Made by a program: the position numbers and the translations under genes
In this document: piece by piece, positions 54,219 to 64,000 of the stretch
Position numbering within the stretch: position 1 is the stretch's first letter
Layout of the letters: each line of letters opens with the position of its first letter
Notes under the pieces: model-generated
What the model saw: only the letters and a program-made list of their open reading frames with translations
Told to the model about the DNA's origin: nothing
Databases searched by the model: none
From: Gammaproteobacteria bacterium
GTDB taxonomy: Bacteria > Pseudomonadota > Gammaproteobacteria > CBDBNL01 > JAAOII01
NCBI GenBank assembly: GCA_965209035.1
Contig: OZ242372.1
Coordinates: 544,001 to 608,000, forward strand
DNA: 64,000 nt
Reading direction: 5' to 3'

Positions 54219-54707
54219 TTAACTCTTGCCGCCGTCTTTTAAGGACACGGTCAAGCTGGCGGCATATTCGGCAAAGCCGAGTGTGTCTATCAGGTTTAAC
54301 TGGACATCCAGCCAATCCAGGTGCTTCTCTTCGTCGGCAAGAATATGCTCCAACATACGAGCGGTGATGAAATCACTCACCTTGTGGGCGGCGGTGATGC
54401 CTTCTTTATAGGAAGCGATTGCCGCGGTTTCCATCTTGCGTTGTTCCGCCAGGATTTCTTGCGGCTGTTGCACAAAATTGACCCCGCCCGGCAGGGACAT
54501 TTCGGGTTTCCCGTCCAGGAACAGGATTCTGTCCATTAGGGTTTGGGCGTGGTGCATCTCGTCGATGGCTTGACGCTTGATTTCCTCCGCCAGGCGAACA
54601 TATCCTGTGTGGTGCAGGACACGGGCATGGAGCATATAACTGTGCGTTGCGCCCAGTTCTTCGGAGAGAAGTTTGTTAAGGGTTTTGGTGAGTAAGTTGT
54701 TTTGCAT
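54219..54707 (-). CDS. bfr: Bacterioferritin
   Basis: Ferroxidase/heme residues: EL.A..Y.LH, IDEMHHA, RILFLDG, ILADEEKHLDWL. Confidence 0.93.
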   Translation of the reverse strand: MQNNLLTKTLNKLLSEELGATHSYMLHARVLHHTGYVRLAEEIKRQAIDEMHHAQTLMDRILFLDGKPEMSLPGGVNFVQQPQEILAEQRKMETAAIASYKEGITAAHKVSDFITARMLEHILADEEKHLDWLDVQLNLIDTLGFAEYAASLTVSLKDGGKS

Positions 54708-55357
54708 GATGATTTGACCTCTATATAGTTGATATGTAATTGATATGTAACTTATGTGTAATTGATAAATGATTTTAGTAATTGCAACATCTTATAGTTA
54801 AATTATAACTCGAATCGCCCGGATGTTTGCACGGATCTGTAAGGTTTGGAAATGCCGAACAGCGGGATGTTAAACAGTCAAACAGCCCCATAGCCCGGCA
54901 GCCGCCGGATACCGGTCGCCCCTTGAGATTGAGATGCTTTATTCGCTTTGTTCGCCTTGCTTCGCCGAACCTCCCCTCCCCCGCCGATACTTTGTTCGCC
55001 TTGCTTCGCCGAGCCTCCTCCATCCGCCATCCGATTGCCCGTCCGCCACTCCCCTGCCGTGCCCCCGCCCGTCTCCTGCTGGAGTGGGCACTCGCCGGCA
55101 AAAAACCGACGCAGGACCGGTACAGAGCCGGTAAAAAAACCGGCACAGGACCTGCAAAGAGCAGCCACAGAATCGCCACAACGCAAAATCACAAAAAATA
55201 CCCGCCGCACATATTGAAAGTGGGTTTGCGAATACTTATAATAAGAAGGGTATGCTAAATCTTTTGGCGGAGGTTTCCCGTCTCTCGTTGTTTTCTTAAC
55301 CGAGGATTCGGCATATTATCTTTTTATATTTGTTTTATATTTAATTTGTGAGGACCT

Positions 55358-56401
55358 ATGGAAGTGTTATCTGAATATTTGATCTTTTTACTAAAACTTG
55401 TAACCGTGATTGGCGGTTTTATGTTTGTCGTTATTTTTATTGCGAGTGTCGCCCGATCACGCAGTCGGTTTGGCAAGTCGCGCGAACCGGAACTTGAGGT
55501 GTCTAATCTCAATGATATGTTCGATCGGGTGTCTCTGCCGATTAAGTATCAACTGCTCTCTTCGAAAGAGCGCAAAGCCGAGAGCAAGCGCAGACAAAAG
55601 GAGCATAAGAAGAAACAAAAAAAGGTGACGGAGAAAAAGAAGATTGCCTATGTCATCGGGTTCACCGGTGATATACAAGCGTCTCAGGTGGACGATTTGG
55701 CGGTGACGATTTCTTCGCTAATCAATGTGGCAAAGGCGGGACAGGAGGTGATTTTGAAACTGGAAAGTGCCGGCGGCTTTGTGCATACCTATGGCTTGGC
55801 GGCGGCGCAGTTGTTGCGGTTGAAGGAGCATAAATTGAAACTGACGGTCTGCGTGGATCGGGTGGCCGCCAGCGGCGGCTATATGATGGCCGCGATGGGG
55901 GACAAAATCTGTGCGGCTCCTTTTGCCGTGGTGGGTTCTATCGGGGTGATCGGGCAGTTGCCGAACATTCACGAGTTTCTGCGGGAGCGGAATATAGACA
56001 TAGAACAGCATACGGCCGGCGAGTATAAACGCACTTTGACGATGCTGGGAAAAAATACTCCCAAAGGACGCAAGAAGTTTGTGGATGATCTGAACAGGGT
56101 GCATGAACTCTTTAAGAATCTCATTAAGAAATATCGGCCCGATTTGCCCTTAAAAAAGGTGGCGACCGGTGAGGTTTGGTTTGGCGAGGAGGCCTTGAAG
56201 TTAAATCTCGTGGACGAGGTGCTCACCAGTGACGCCTATCTTTTGAAGCAAACCGAAAAGGCGACGCTTTATGAAGTCAAGGTGAAAAAGAAAAAGCATC
56301 TGGCGAGTCGTTTGGGAGAGATGAGCGAGAGCATCGCCGACAGAATGATTAATCTGCTATTAACCAAGGCGACCAAGTTGCGTTTGTTCCCCAACGCGTG
56401 A
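55358..56401 (+). CDS. sohB: Protease SohB (S49)
   Basis: N-terminal TM; LESAGGFVHTYGLAAAQL, VDRVAASGGYMMA, TAGEYKRTLT, ATGEVW. Confidence 0.95.
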   Translation: MEVLSEYLIFLLKLVTVIGGFMFVVIFIASVARSRSRFGKSREPELEVSNLNDMFDRVSLPIKYQLLSSKERKAESKRRQKEHKKKQKKVTEKKKIAYVIGFTGDIQASQVDDLAVTISSLINVAKAGQEVILKLESAGGFVHTYGLAAAQLLRLKEHKLKLTVCVDRVAASGGYMMAAMGDKICAAPFAVVGSIGVIGQLPNIHEFLRERNIDIEQHTAGEYKRTLTMLGKNTPKGRKKFVDDLNRVHELFKNLIKKYRPDLPLKKVATGEVWFGEEALKLNLVDEVLTSDAYLLKQTEKATLYEVKVKKKKHLASRLGEMSESIADRMINLLLTKATKLRLFPNA

Positions 56402-56570
56402 TGCTGACGATAGCACATATATAACAGAAGCGAAGCATAAAAGATAAAAGCGAAGCGACACAGATCCCGCACATATATACACACTTCCATAAATGGCAAA
56501 GGCAAAGCGGCAATATAATCAATAACGGAAAGACGCCAGCGGCATTGTGCCCGGCTTGGTCGCAATACGA

Positions 56571-57506
56571 ATGAAAGCAAACCAACAAAAAATCACAGAC
56601 CTACCCGATATCACCCAGGACAGTGTGGCATCCGAACCGGGCAGACTGAACTGGGTGGGGATGGAGCATATTGTCCTTCCTTTGAAGATTGAGGACTCCG
56701 TTCTCGGCATTCAACCAACCACCGGTAAGATTAATTGCTATGTGGATCTGCAGGATCCGAAGGCGCGTGGCATTCATATGTCGCGGATATATATCCTTCT
56801 AACGGAATCGAGTGAGAAAGAGATACTGACTTACCCCACTTTGCAAGAACTGACCGAGCGGATGATCCGCAAGCAGGATAACATCAGTTCGGCAACCAAA
56901 ATCGGGATTACATTTGACTTGTTTGTTCGCAAAAAATCATTGCTAAGCGACAATTCCGGCTGGTCCTGTTATCCGATACGGATTTGGATGCTAAATCGTC
57001 GCGGGAAAGTGTCTTGCCAGTTGGATATGCAGTTTATCTATTCTTCCACTTGCCCCTGCTCGGCGGCATTGGCGCGCCAACTGATTAGTCGCAAGTTTGC
57101 CGAACGCTTTCAAGAAACATCGACGCTGTCTGTGGAGGAAGGACAACAATGGTTGCAAGAGGCGGAAAAGGAAATCGCCACCCCGCACAGCCAAAGAAGT
57201 ATCGCCAAGATTAGTTTAATGATTGAGCCGTGCGAGGCATTCCCTCTTTGGGAACTGATTCGGAAGGCGGAAGAATCTTTGAAGACAGCAGTGCAGTTAG
57301 TTGTGAAGCGGGAGGACGAGCAGCAGTTTGCCCGTCTGAACGGGGAAAATTTAATGTTTTGCGAGGATGCCGCCCGCTCTTTGCGGAATGCGTTTGCCGA
57401 TTATACGGAGCGCGGTTTTTACATCAATGTCCGTCATTTGGAAAGTTTGCATCCGCACGATGCGGCGGCAATTGTGCGAAACGGACATTTAATTTCGCAC
57501 AGTTAA
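56571..57506 (+). CDS. folE2: GTP cyclohydrolase FolE2 (type IB)
   Basis: LPDI, WVGM, GIHMSR, YSSTCPCSAALARQL, ATPHSQRS, VKREDEQ.FA.LNG.NLMFCEDAAR, HLESLHPHDA. Confidence 0.95.
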   Translation: MKANQQKITDLPDITQDSVASEPGRLNWVGMEHIVLPLKIEDSVLGIQPTTGKINCYVDLQDPKARGIHMSRIYILLTESSEKEILTYPTLQELTERMIRKQDNISSATKIGITFDLFVRKKSLLSDNSGWSCYPIRIWMLNRRGKVSCQLDMQFIYSSTCPCSAALARQLISRKFAERFQETSTLSVEEGQQWLQEAEKEIATPHSQRSIAKISLMIEPCEAFPLWELIRKAEESLKTAVQLVVKREDEQQFARLNGENLMFCEDAARSLRNAFADYTERGFYINVRHLESLHPHDAAAIVRNGHLISHS

Positions 57507-57516
57507 GCACCGGGTT

Positions 57517-58299
57517 TTAGAACTCGTTACGCCACAGACGCAGGGCGGCAAACACCTCCACCGGATCGGATAACTTCAGATCCCGCAGTTCTTCCATCTT
57601 CTCGCGGACATCCGAGCGGTCGGCACGCAAGAAGGGATTGGTTGCCAATTCTTCCGCCAGGGTGATCGGGGCGGCGATGCCGTTATGTTCCGAGAGACGT
57701 TTTTGGGTTTCTTCCAATCGCTGTTTCAAGGCATCGTTATTCGGCTCTATCCGACTGGCAAACGCCAGGTTGGCGGTCGTGTATTCGTGTCCCCAGTATA
57801 GCAAGGTTTCCGGCGGCAACTGAGCGCACTTTTGCAAGGTTGCGTGCATTTGCTCCGCGGTCCCTTCAAACACTCTGCCGCAGCCGCAACCAAAGAGGAC
57901 ATCACCGCAAAAGAAATGTTTCTTATCGGCGATAAAACCAATATGGTCCAAAGTATGGCCGGGCAGCGAAAGCACCTCAAAATGAATACCCGCTCTGTCA
58001 AACGCATCACCTTCGGTGAAGGCCTGGGTGATGCTTTCAATCTTCTCGTTTTCGGGCCCCAGCACCGGGCAGTGATACTCGGCAATAATATCTTCAATCC
58101 CCGCCGTATGGTCGCCGTGATGATGGGTGATAAGAATGCTGTCCGGCCGCAGGTTGTTCTTTTGCAGATACTCCAATATGGGGCGACTCTTGCCGGGGTC
58201 AACCACCACCACATTCTTGTCGTCCGCCGAAGAGGCCAACAGCCAGAAGATGTTGGCGCCGCTCTCCTCTCTGTCTTTAATACCGATTACATTTGTCAT
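57517..58299 (-). CDS. gloB: Hydroxyacylglutathione hydrolase (glyoxalase II)
   Basis: THHHGDHTAG, PGHTLDH, FCGD.LFGCGCGRVFEG, HEYT, E.ATNPFLR. Confidence 0.94.
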   Translation of the reverse strand: MTNVIGIKDREESGANIFWLLASSADDKNVVVVDPGKSRPILEYLQKNNLRPDSILITHHHGDHTAGIEDIIAEYHCPVLGPENEKIESITQAFTEGDAFDRAGIHFEVLSLPGHTLDHIGFIADKKHFFCGDVLFGCGCGRVFEGTAEQMHATLQKCAQLPPETLLYWGHEYTTANLAFASRIEPNNDALKQRLEETQKRLSEHNGIAAPITLAEELATNPFLRADRSDVREKMEELRDLKLSDPVEVFAALRLWRNEF

Positions 58300-58455
58300 T
58301 TCATTTGCTTTTATGTTTTTGTATATTTTTTATGTGTGTGTTTATTATACTCTATCCGTGAGTGGCATCCAAAATTTGTCGGGGTACTTCGGAAGTTTTT
58401 TCAATTCTCAGTTAAAACCTTGGCAAGATTTTGCCAAACTTGTGTCAAAGCCTTA

Positions 58456-59569
58456 TCAAACCTCCGCCCAACTTTTATCAAATTTTGTCTCATCTAAAAA
58501 GTGCAAGGATAATTTGGGGGATGCCTTGCTTTTAATCATATTCTCAATTAAGTATAGCCCTGCCGTATTCGGGTTCGGGTTTTGCCCTGCCGGGTCCGCC
58601 ATAGCGGCGAGACGCGGAAAGTCGTAACAGCGGGACACCCGATAAGTCTTGCGCAAAGGAGCAAAGTAATCCGCATCATTGGGTTTCCAGAGATTGGAAG
58701 CCACATAGATATCCGTACCGGGCGGGAATTTTTTGACAAGTTGCCGACACAGATCTTCGCCGGACAGAAAGTGCTTCAAAACAGGATAATACTTCGGGTT
58801 CCATTTTGCAATCATTCGCTCGGCATCGGCTTTGTCAAACTTTCTGTGATCGTCCCAAGGCAGCCGGCAACTCAAAAAGTGGTAGTGTCCGAGTTTGGCA
58901 ATCGTTTCACGGGCAATAGTTACGAGAGGCGCGGCTGTTTGTAAATACAATTCCGTCCGGCGATAAAAGTCGCAAAAGAGCGGTTTGGTTTTGATTTGGT
59001 ATGTTACCCGATCCGGCGGGTGCAAGTAGCGAACAATCAGAGGATGCTGTTTGTTTTGTTGGGCGGTGATCTCTTGTGTTTGAGGAACAAAATATGGCTG
59101 AAACGAGCCCGCCTTCGCCGGGAAATCTCGCATCGGGATGTAATCCAACTTTTTTCTTGCCGACTCGTTCTCGGTCAGATGGGATACCGGGAAAGAATAA
59201 TTCCACCAGTCTTCCCGAACCGGTCCGGCGGCATTCGTGACCGCATAGGATGCCGACAGATCATAATAGTCGCTAACGGAAGGATTGTCAGCCTTGCCAA
59301 AGTTGTGGACGGGGTCCGGTTCCAACGGAAAAACCACCGCAGTGCGGCCGAGATAAAGAGCCTCTTTAAGCAGGCATTCCTCCCGAGAACCGCATGTGGT
59401 CCGCCAAGATTTCGGGACTTGGGCCGCGGCTCAAACTCCCGCCGAGATCGTAACGAAGTTTCCGCAGAGTATCTTTGACAAACAGACTCGGTTTGCCGCG
59501 GCGCAGTTGGCGCAGTGCCTCTCGCCAGGGCGGGACAAAAGATGCATAACAAAGATAGCCGTTAGTCAT
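58456..59569 (-). pseudogene. O-fucosyltransferase-like (GT-B) protein, apparent frameshift near 59390
   Basis: MTNGYLCY...LADHMRFS / ECLLKEALYLGRTAVVFP..DP.HN in the adjacent frame; later HFLSCR..DD, IYVASN, YLIENMI. Confidence 0.5.
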
Positions 59570-59574
59570 TGATC

Positions 59575-59730
59575 CGATAGTTTTGATAGTTGCGATAGTT
59601 CCGATAGTTTCAATGCCTTTTCCGGCATCCGCGTACTCGCGAACAAGCCACATCCAAAACGCATCCCAAACGCATGCAAGGTGCATCCAAGCCGCATGCA
59701 AGATACCCCCAAGATGCATCCAAGGCGCCG
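59575..59730. repeat. Intergenic imperfect tandem repeats (9-mer gatagttnn x4; 11-mer catccaaggnn-like x7)
   Basis: Directly visible. Confidence 0.8.
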
Positions 59731-59744
59731 GGAATATTAATAGA

Positions 59745-61274
59745 TTATGCCGATGCCCAATTCTTACTGCGTTCCACCGCCGCGTGCCATCGTTCCATCA
59801 GGGCGTCTCGCTCGGCGGCCGGCTGTCGCGGGCTGTAGGTCTTCTCGGTCCCGCCGAGGGCGGATAGCTCTTCGGTATCCTTCCACAGACCGCATGCCAA
59901 CCCCGCCAAATAGGCGGCACCCAGCGCGGTGGTTTCCTTGATGCGGGGGATCTGAACCGGCAAGCCGAGAAGGTCGGCCTGGATTTGCATCAATAGCGCA
60001 CTTGCCGTGGCGCCGCCGTCGGCACGCATGACAGTAATTTCCGTATCATCCGTATCGTCCGTATCGTCCGTATCGTCCGTATGATAGCCCCGCCGCATCG
60101 CGTCAACCAGATCCACGGATTGAAAGGCGATGCTCTCCAAAACGGCTCGTGCCAGATGTCCGGCGGTGGTGCCGCGGGTGATCCCGATCATCATCCCTCT
60201 TGCATTCGGATCCCAATGGGGCGCACCCAAACCGACAAAAGCCGGCACAAAATAAACGCCGCCGTTGTCTTTGGCGGCAAGTGTGTTAATTTCTTCGGCG
60301 GTTTTGATAAGACCCAGACCGTCACGCAGCCACTGAATGGCGGAGCCTGCCACAAAAACGCTCCCTTCCAGAGCATACACGGGCTTCTCGCCGGGCAACT
60401 GCCAGGCAATCGTTGTCAGCAGGTTGTGCGCGCTCAGTGCCGGCCGATGGCCCGTGTTCATCAGTGTGAAACAGCCAGTGCCGTAAGTGTTTTTGACCAT
60501 CCCCTCTTCAAAACAGGTTTGACCGAAGAGGGCCGCGTGTTGGTCGCCGGCAATACCGGCAATCGGCACGGAGGTTGCCCCAAACAGACCTGATTTTGTT
60601 TTGCCGCAAACACCGGAGGAAGCAACAACCTGCGGTAGGATGCCGGCTGGAATGTCAAACAACTCCAGCAGTTCTTCGTCCCATTTAAGCGTGTGAATAT
60701 TAAATAACAGGGTGCGCGCCGCATTGCCGATATCGGTGATATGTTCGCCGCCGGTGAGTTTGTAAATTAGCCAGGTATCTATGGTGCCGGCCGCCAGCCT
60801 GCCTTGTTTGGCAAGAGTGCGGGCATCGCGCACATTGTCAAGCAACCACTTCAATTTTGAGGCGGAGAAGTAAGGATCCGGTAACAGCCCGGTCTTTGCG
60901 GTAATCATCTCTTTTTGGCTCGCAAGACGGCGCATCAGATCCGAAGTGCGTTTGTCCTGCCAAACCAATGCCCGAGCCAAAGGTTCGCCGCTCTTTTTGT
61001 CCCAGATGGCAATGGTTTCGCGCTGATTGGTGATGCCGATGCCGGCGACATCTTGCATGCCCAATCCGGCGTCTTTTAATGCGGCCGCCACCGCGGCACA
61101 TTGGCTGTCCCATATCTCGTTGAGGTCGTGCTCCACCAGACCCGGAGCGGGGAAGTATTGGGGAAACTCCAACTGCCCCTGTCCCGCGCAGTTCGCTTTG
61201 CGGTCAAACAGCATTGCGCGGCTACTTGTTGTTCCCTGGTCCAACGCCAGGATGTGTTTGGGATTCGTTGCCAT
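59745..61274 (-). CDS. glpK: Glycerol kinase
   Basis: [58 protein letters not shown]. Confidence 0.97.
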   Translation of the reverse strand: MATNPKHILALDQGTTSSRAMLFDRKANCAGQGQLEFPQYFPAPGLVEHDLNEIWDSQCAAVAAALKDAGLGMQDVAGIGITNQRETIAIWDKKSGEPLARALVWQDKRTSDLMRRLASQKEMITAKTGLLPDPYFSASKLKWLLDNVRDARTLAKQGRLAAGTIDTWLIYKLTGGEHITDIGNAARTLLFNIHTLKWDEELLELFDIPAGILPQVVASSGVCGKTKSGLFGATSVPIAGIAGDQHAALFGQTCFEEGMVKNTYGTGCFTLMNTGHRPALSAHNLLTTIAWQLPGEKPVYALEGSVFVAGSAIQWLRDGLGLIKTAEEINTLAAKDNGGVYFVPAFVGLGAPHWDPNARGMMIGITRGTTAGHLARAVLESIAFQSVDLVDAMRRGYHTDDTDDTDDTDDTEITVMRADGGATASALLMQIQADLLGLPVQIPRIKETTALGAAYLAGLACGLWKDTEELSALGGTEKTYSPRQPAAERDALMERWHAAVERSKNWASA

Positions 61275-61357
61275 AAATGAATTGTCGTTTGTGAATTGCG
61301 GGTTGGTCGTGTTGGTCCGGTTGGTTGCCCCCGTGACGACAACCGAATACCTGTGTG

Positions 61358-62638
61358 TTACAAGCCCAGAAGTTCCAGTCCGGGGTATTCCAAAAATTCT
61401 TTAATGGCTACCAGAAACTGCACCGCCGTTTTGCCGTCTATCATACGGTGGTCATACGAAAGTGCCAGATACATCATCGGCAGAATTTGCACTTCTCCGT
61501 CTTTGGCAACGGGGCGTTCCTGGATCTTGTGCATGCCGAGGATAGCTGTCTGTGGGGGATTGATAATCGGCGTGGACATCAGCGAGCCAAAAACACCGCC
61601 GTTGGAAATCGTAAAGGTCCCGCCTTGCAGTTCGTCCAGGGACAATTTTGCGTTTTTGGCTTTTTCGCCGAATTCGGCAATCTGTTTTTCCACGGCTGCC
61701 AGGTCCATCACATGGGCATCGCGTAAAACCGGCACCACTAGGCCGCGGGGGGAAGACACGGCAATGCCAATGTCGTTGTAATTGTGATAGACAATCTCTT
61801 CGCCTTCTATGTAGGCATTCACTTCCGGAAACCGCCGCAGCCCATATACGCAGGCACGCACGAAGAACGACATAAACCCGAGCCGGGCGCCGTGCTTGCT
61901 TTCAAACTCTTTTTTATGCGCGGCCCGCAGCTCCATTACGGGACGCATATTAACCTCGTTGAAAGTGGTCAGCATTGCGGCCGTCTGTTGGGATTGCACC
62001 AATCGCTTGGCGATGCTTGCGCGCAGGCGACTCATCGGCACTCGCTCTTGTTTGCGCTCGGCCGAGACTGTCTCGGCAGAGGCACCCAAACTTGCGACAA
62101 GATCCTGTTTGGTCACCGGGCGGTTGCCGACCTTGACGGAAGAGATATCCATACCGGTTTCCCGGGCAAGACGGCGCGCCGCGGGTCCGCTTTTTACCGG
62201 TGCTTTTTCCCGCCCCGCATCAGAGGCATCGGAAGTAGAAGCAGCGGCAGCGGCAGGTGCCGGTGCGGCCGGCTCGCTGTTGGTCTTTTTCTGTGTCGGT
62301 GATGTTGTTTCCTTAACTTCTCTAGCTTCTTTAGTTTCTTTAGCTTCCGAGGACTCTTTGGATTCTTTGGTTTCCCCGGCTTCTTTGCTTTCTTTTGCCC
62401 CCTTGCCGGCCTCGTAAGAGCCTATCACCTGATTAGCGGTGACCGTCTCGCCTTCTTTTATTTTGATTTCCGTAAGAACTCCGGCGGACGGGGCCGGCAC
62501 TTCCATAACAACCTTGTCCGTTTCTATTTCCACCAGAAGTTCGTCCCGGGCAAAACTTTCGCCCTTGCTCTTGCGCCAGGAAAGAACCTGCCCCTGCTCG
62601 ATGGATTCAGGGAAAGCGGGAACCTTAATATCCGGCAT
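61358..62638 (-). CDS. sucB: 2-oxoglutarate dehydrogenase E2 (dihydrolipoamide succinyltransferase)
   Basis: EIETDKV lipoyl site, [28 protein letters not shown]. Confidence 0.97.
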   Translation of the reverse strand: MPDIKVPAFPESIEQGQVLSWRKSKGESFARDELLVEIETDKVVMEVPAPSAGVLTEIKIKEGETVTANQVIGSYEAGKGAKESKEAGETKESKESSEAKETKEAREVKETTSPTQKKTNSEPAAPAPAAAAASTSDASDAGREKAPVKSGPAARRLARETGMDISSVKVGNRPVTKQDLVASLGASAETVSAERKQERVPMSRLRASIAKRLVQSQQTAAMLTTFNEVNMRPVMELRAAHKKEFESKHGARLGFMSFFVRACVYGLRRFPEVNAYIEGEEIVYHNYNDIGIAVSSPRGLVVPVLRDAHVMDLAAVEKQIAEFGEKAKNAKLSLDELQGGTFTISNGGVFGSLMSTPIINPPQTAILGMHKIQERPVAKDGEVQILPMMYLALSYDHRMIDGKTAVQFLVAIKEFLEYPGLELLGL

Positions 62639-62640
62639 AG

Positions 62641-64000
62641 TTATTCGGTAAAAGCAGCCTCCACCAACTGCATCTGCTGTTTGTGGTGCAAACTGTTATA
62701 ACCGGTTGCCGGCGAAGAGGATGCCTCTCTGCCCGCATATTGCAGTTCGGCATTTGGCACATAATCGCGCACGGCAATTTCCAGGTGATGCTTGCTGCTA
62801 TACCATGCCCCCTGGTTTTTTGGTTCTTCCTGACACCAAACAATCTTATCCACATTCTTAAACGGTCTCAGCACCGCCTTCAATTCTTCGTGCGGGAAGG
62901 GATAAACTTGTTCAATGCGAACCACCTCGGCATCCGGGAAGTTATCTTCCCGCTTCTTTTGAATCAGTTCGTAGTAAACCTTGCCGCTACAAAGAACCAC
63001 CCGGCGAACATCCTTGCGGTTTTTTGTTCGCTCGCAACCGATGACCGGCTTAAAACCTCCCCGTGTCAATTCCTCCAAGTCGGACGCCGCTTCTTCCTTG
63101 CGCAGAAGACTCTTCGGCATCATCACCACCAACGGCTTGCGCAAGGGGCGAACCACCTGACGCCGCAACATATGAAACACCTGGGCGGCGGTGGACGGGA
63201 CACAGACCTGCATATTCATACCGGCACAGAGTTGTAAGAACCGTTCCAGCCGAGCCGAAGAATGTTCCGGTCCCTGGCCTTCGTATCCGTGTGGCAACAA
63301 AAGAACCAGACCGCAAAGTCGCATCCATTTGGACTCGCCGCTGGACAAAAACTGGTCTATCACCACCTGGGCGCCGTTGGCAAAATCGCCAAACTGTGCC
63401 TCCCAAACAACCAAGCCATCCGGTCTGGTTGTCGCATAGCCGTATTCAAACGCCATCGCCGCCTCTTCGGAAAGATAGGAGTCAAAAATCTGAAAGTTTC
63501 CCTGCTTCTTGGAAATATAACCCAGATTGCAATAGCCATCTCCGGTATCCTGCTCGTGAAGGACAGCGTGCCTGTGCGAGAAGGTCCCGCGCCGACTGTC
63601 CTGCCCGCTGATACGCACCGGAAAACCGGCATCCACCAGCGTGCCATAAGCCAGCAATTCGGCATAGCCCCAATCTATCTTTCTTTTACCCGCGCGCATT
63701 TCCTTCCGGTTTCCCAGAACCTTGCGAACCGTCCGATGCAGGTTCCAATCTTTGGGGGCAGTCTCCAACTTTTTGCCAATGCGGTTAAGCACGGCGGCAT
63801 CAACGCCCGTATCAAATTGGTTCTCCCATTTGTGTCCCAGATAAGGATCCCAATCCACGAACATATTTTTATTCGGCGCCTTGGTCAAACTCATCAACGA
63901 AATCTCGTTGTTGTCCAATTTCTCCCGGTAAGATTCTTTTTCCATTTCCGCATCCTCTTCGCTTATCACAGACTCTGCGATCAACTTGTCGGCGTAAATT
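62641..64000 (-). CDS. sucA: 2-oxoglutarate dehydrogenase E1, 3' part (5' end outside window)
   Basis: [57 protein letters not shown]. Confidence 0.97.
   Translation of the reverse strand, partial: IYADKLIAESVISEEDAEMEKESYREKLDNNEISLMSLTKAPNKNMFVDWDPYLGHKWENQFDTGVDAAVLNRIGKKLETAPKDWNLHRTVRKVLGNRKEMRAGKRKIDWGYAELLAYGTLVDAGFPVRISGQDSRRGTFSHRHAVLHEQDTGDGYCNLGYISKKQGNFQIFDSYLSEEAAMAFEYGYATTRPDGLVVWEAQFGDFANGAQVVIDQFLSSGESKWMRLCGLVLLLPHGYEGQGPEHSSARLERFLQLCAGMNMQVCVPSTAAQVFHMLRRQVVRPLRKPLVVMMPKSLLRKEEAASDLEELTRGGFKPVIGCERTKNRKDVRRVVLCSGKVYYELIQKKREDNFPDAEVVRIEQVYPFPHEELKAVLRPFKNVDKIVWCQEEPKNQGAWYSSKHHLEIAVRDYVPNAELQYAGREASSSPATGYNSLHHKQQMQLVEAAFTE

Noticed and set aside
54775-55260. GC-rich spacer with overlapping short ORFs and a duplicated tttgttcgccttgcttcgccga; possible ncRNA or bfd gene
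   Set aside because: No RNase P, tmRNA, SRP or 6S signature recognised and no Bfd Cys pattern; a Fur-box-like stretch near 54765 is too weak

Overview
Bacterial chromosomal window, most likely a gammaproteobacterium (inferred from S4/SecY/EF-G/SucAB sequence style). (1) 1-17.2 kb: str-S10-spc-alpha ribosomal cluster on the minus strand, with several oddities: no tuf between fusA and rpsJ, a solitary beta-class DNA methyltransferase inserted between rplX and rplE, long repetitive C-terminal tails on S10, L3 and L15, and an L36 that has lost two Zn ligands. (2) 17.4-18.6 kb: ychF. (3) ~18.6-54.1 kb: a ~35 kb accessory/defence island. It holds IS remnants, two paralogous FN3/thrombospondin-3/GLUG lipoproteins, a NACHT + Schlafen(AlbA_2) gene pair, two XRE-ImmA/IrrE proteins, a GIY-YIG domain fused to 19 Arg/Gly/Ser-rich repeats, a type I RM locus interleaved with accessory genes (small GIY-YIG, DUF6119-like, OLD-like ATPase/TOPRIM with a nonsense codon, M48 peptidase), and a tandem array of PD-(D/E)XK nucleases with constant ends and a variable middle plus an orphan cassette. 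(4) 54.2-64 kb: housekeeping genes (bfr, sohB, folE2, gloB, glpK, sucB, 3' part of sucA) and a frameshifted O-fucosyltransferase-like gene. All family calls come from motif recognition by eye; no database searches were run.
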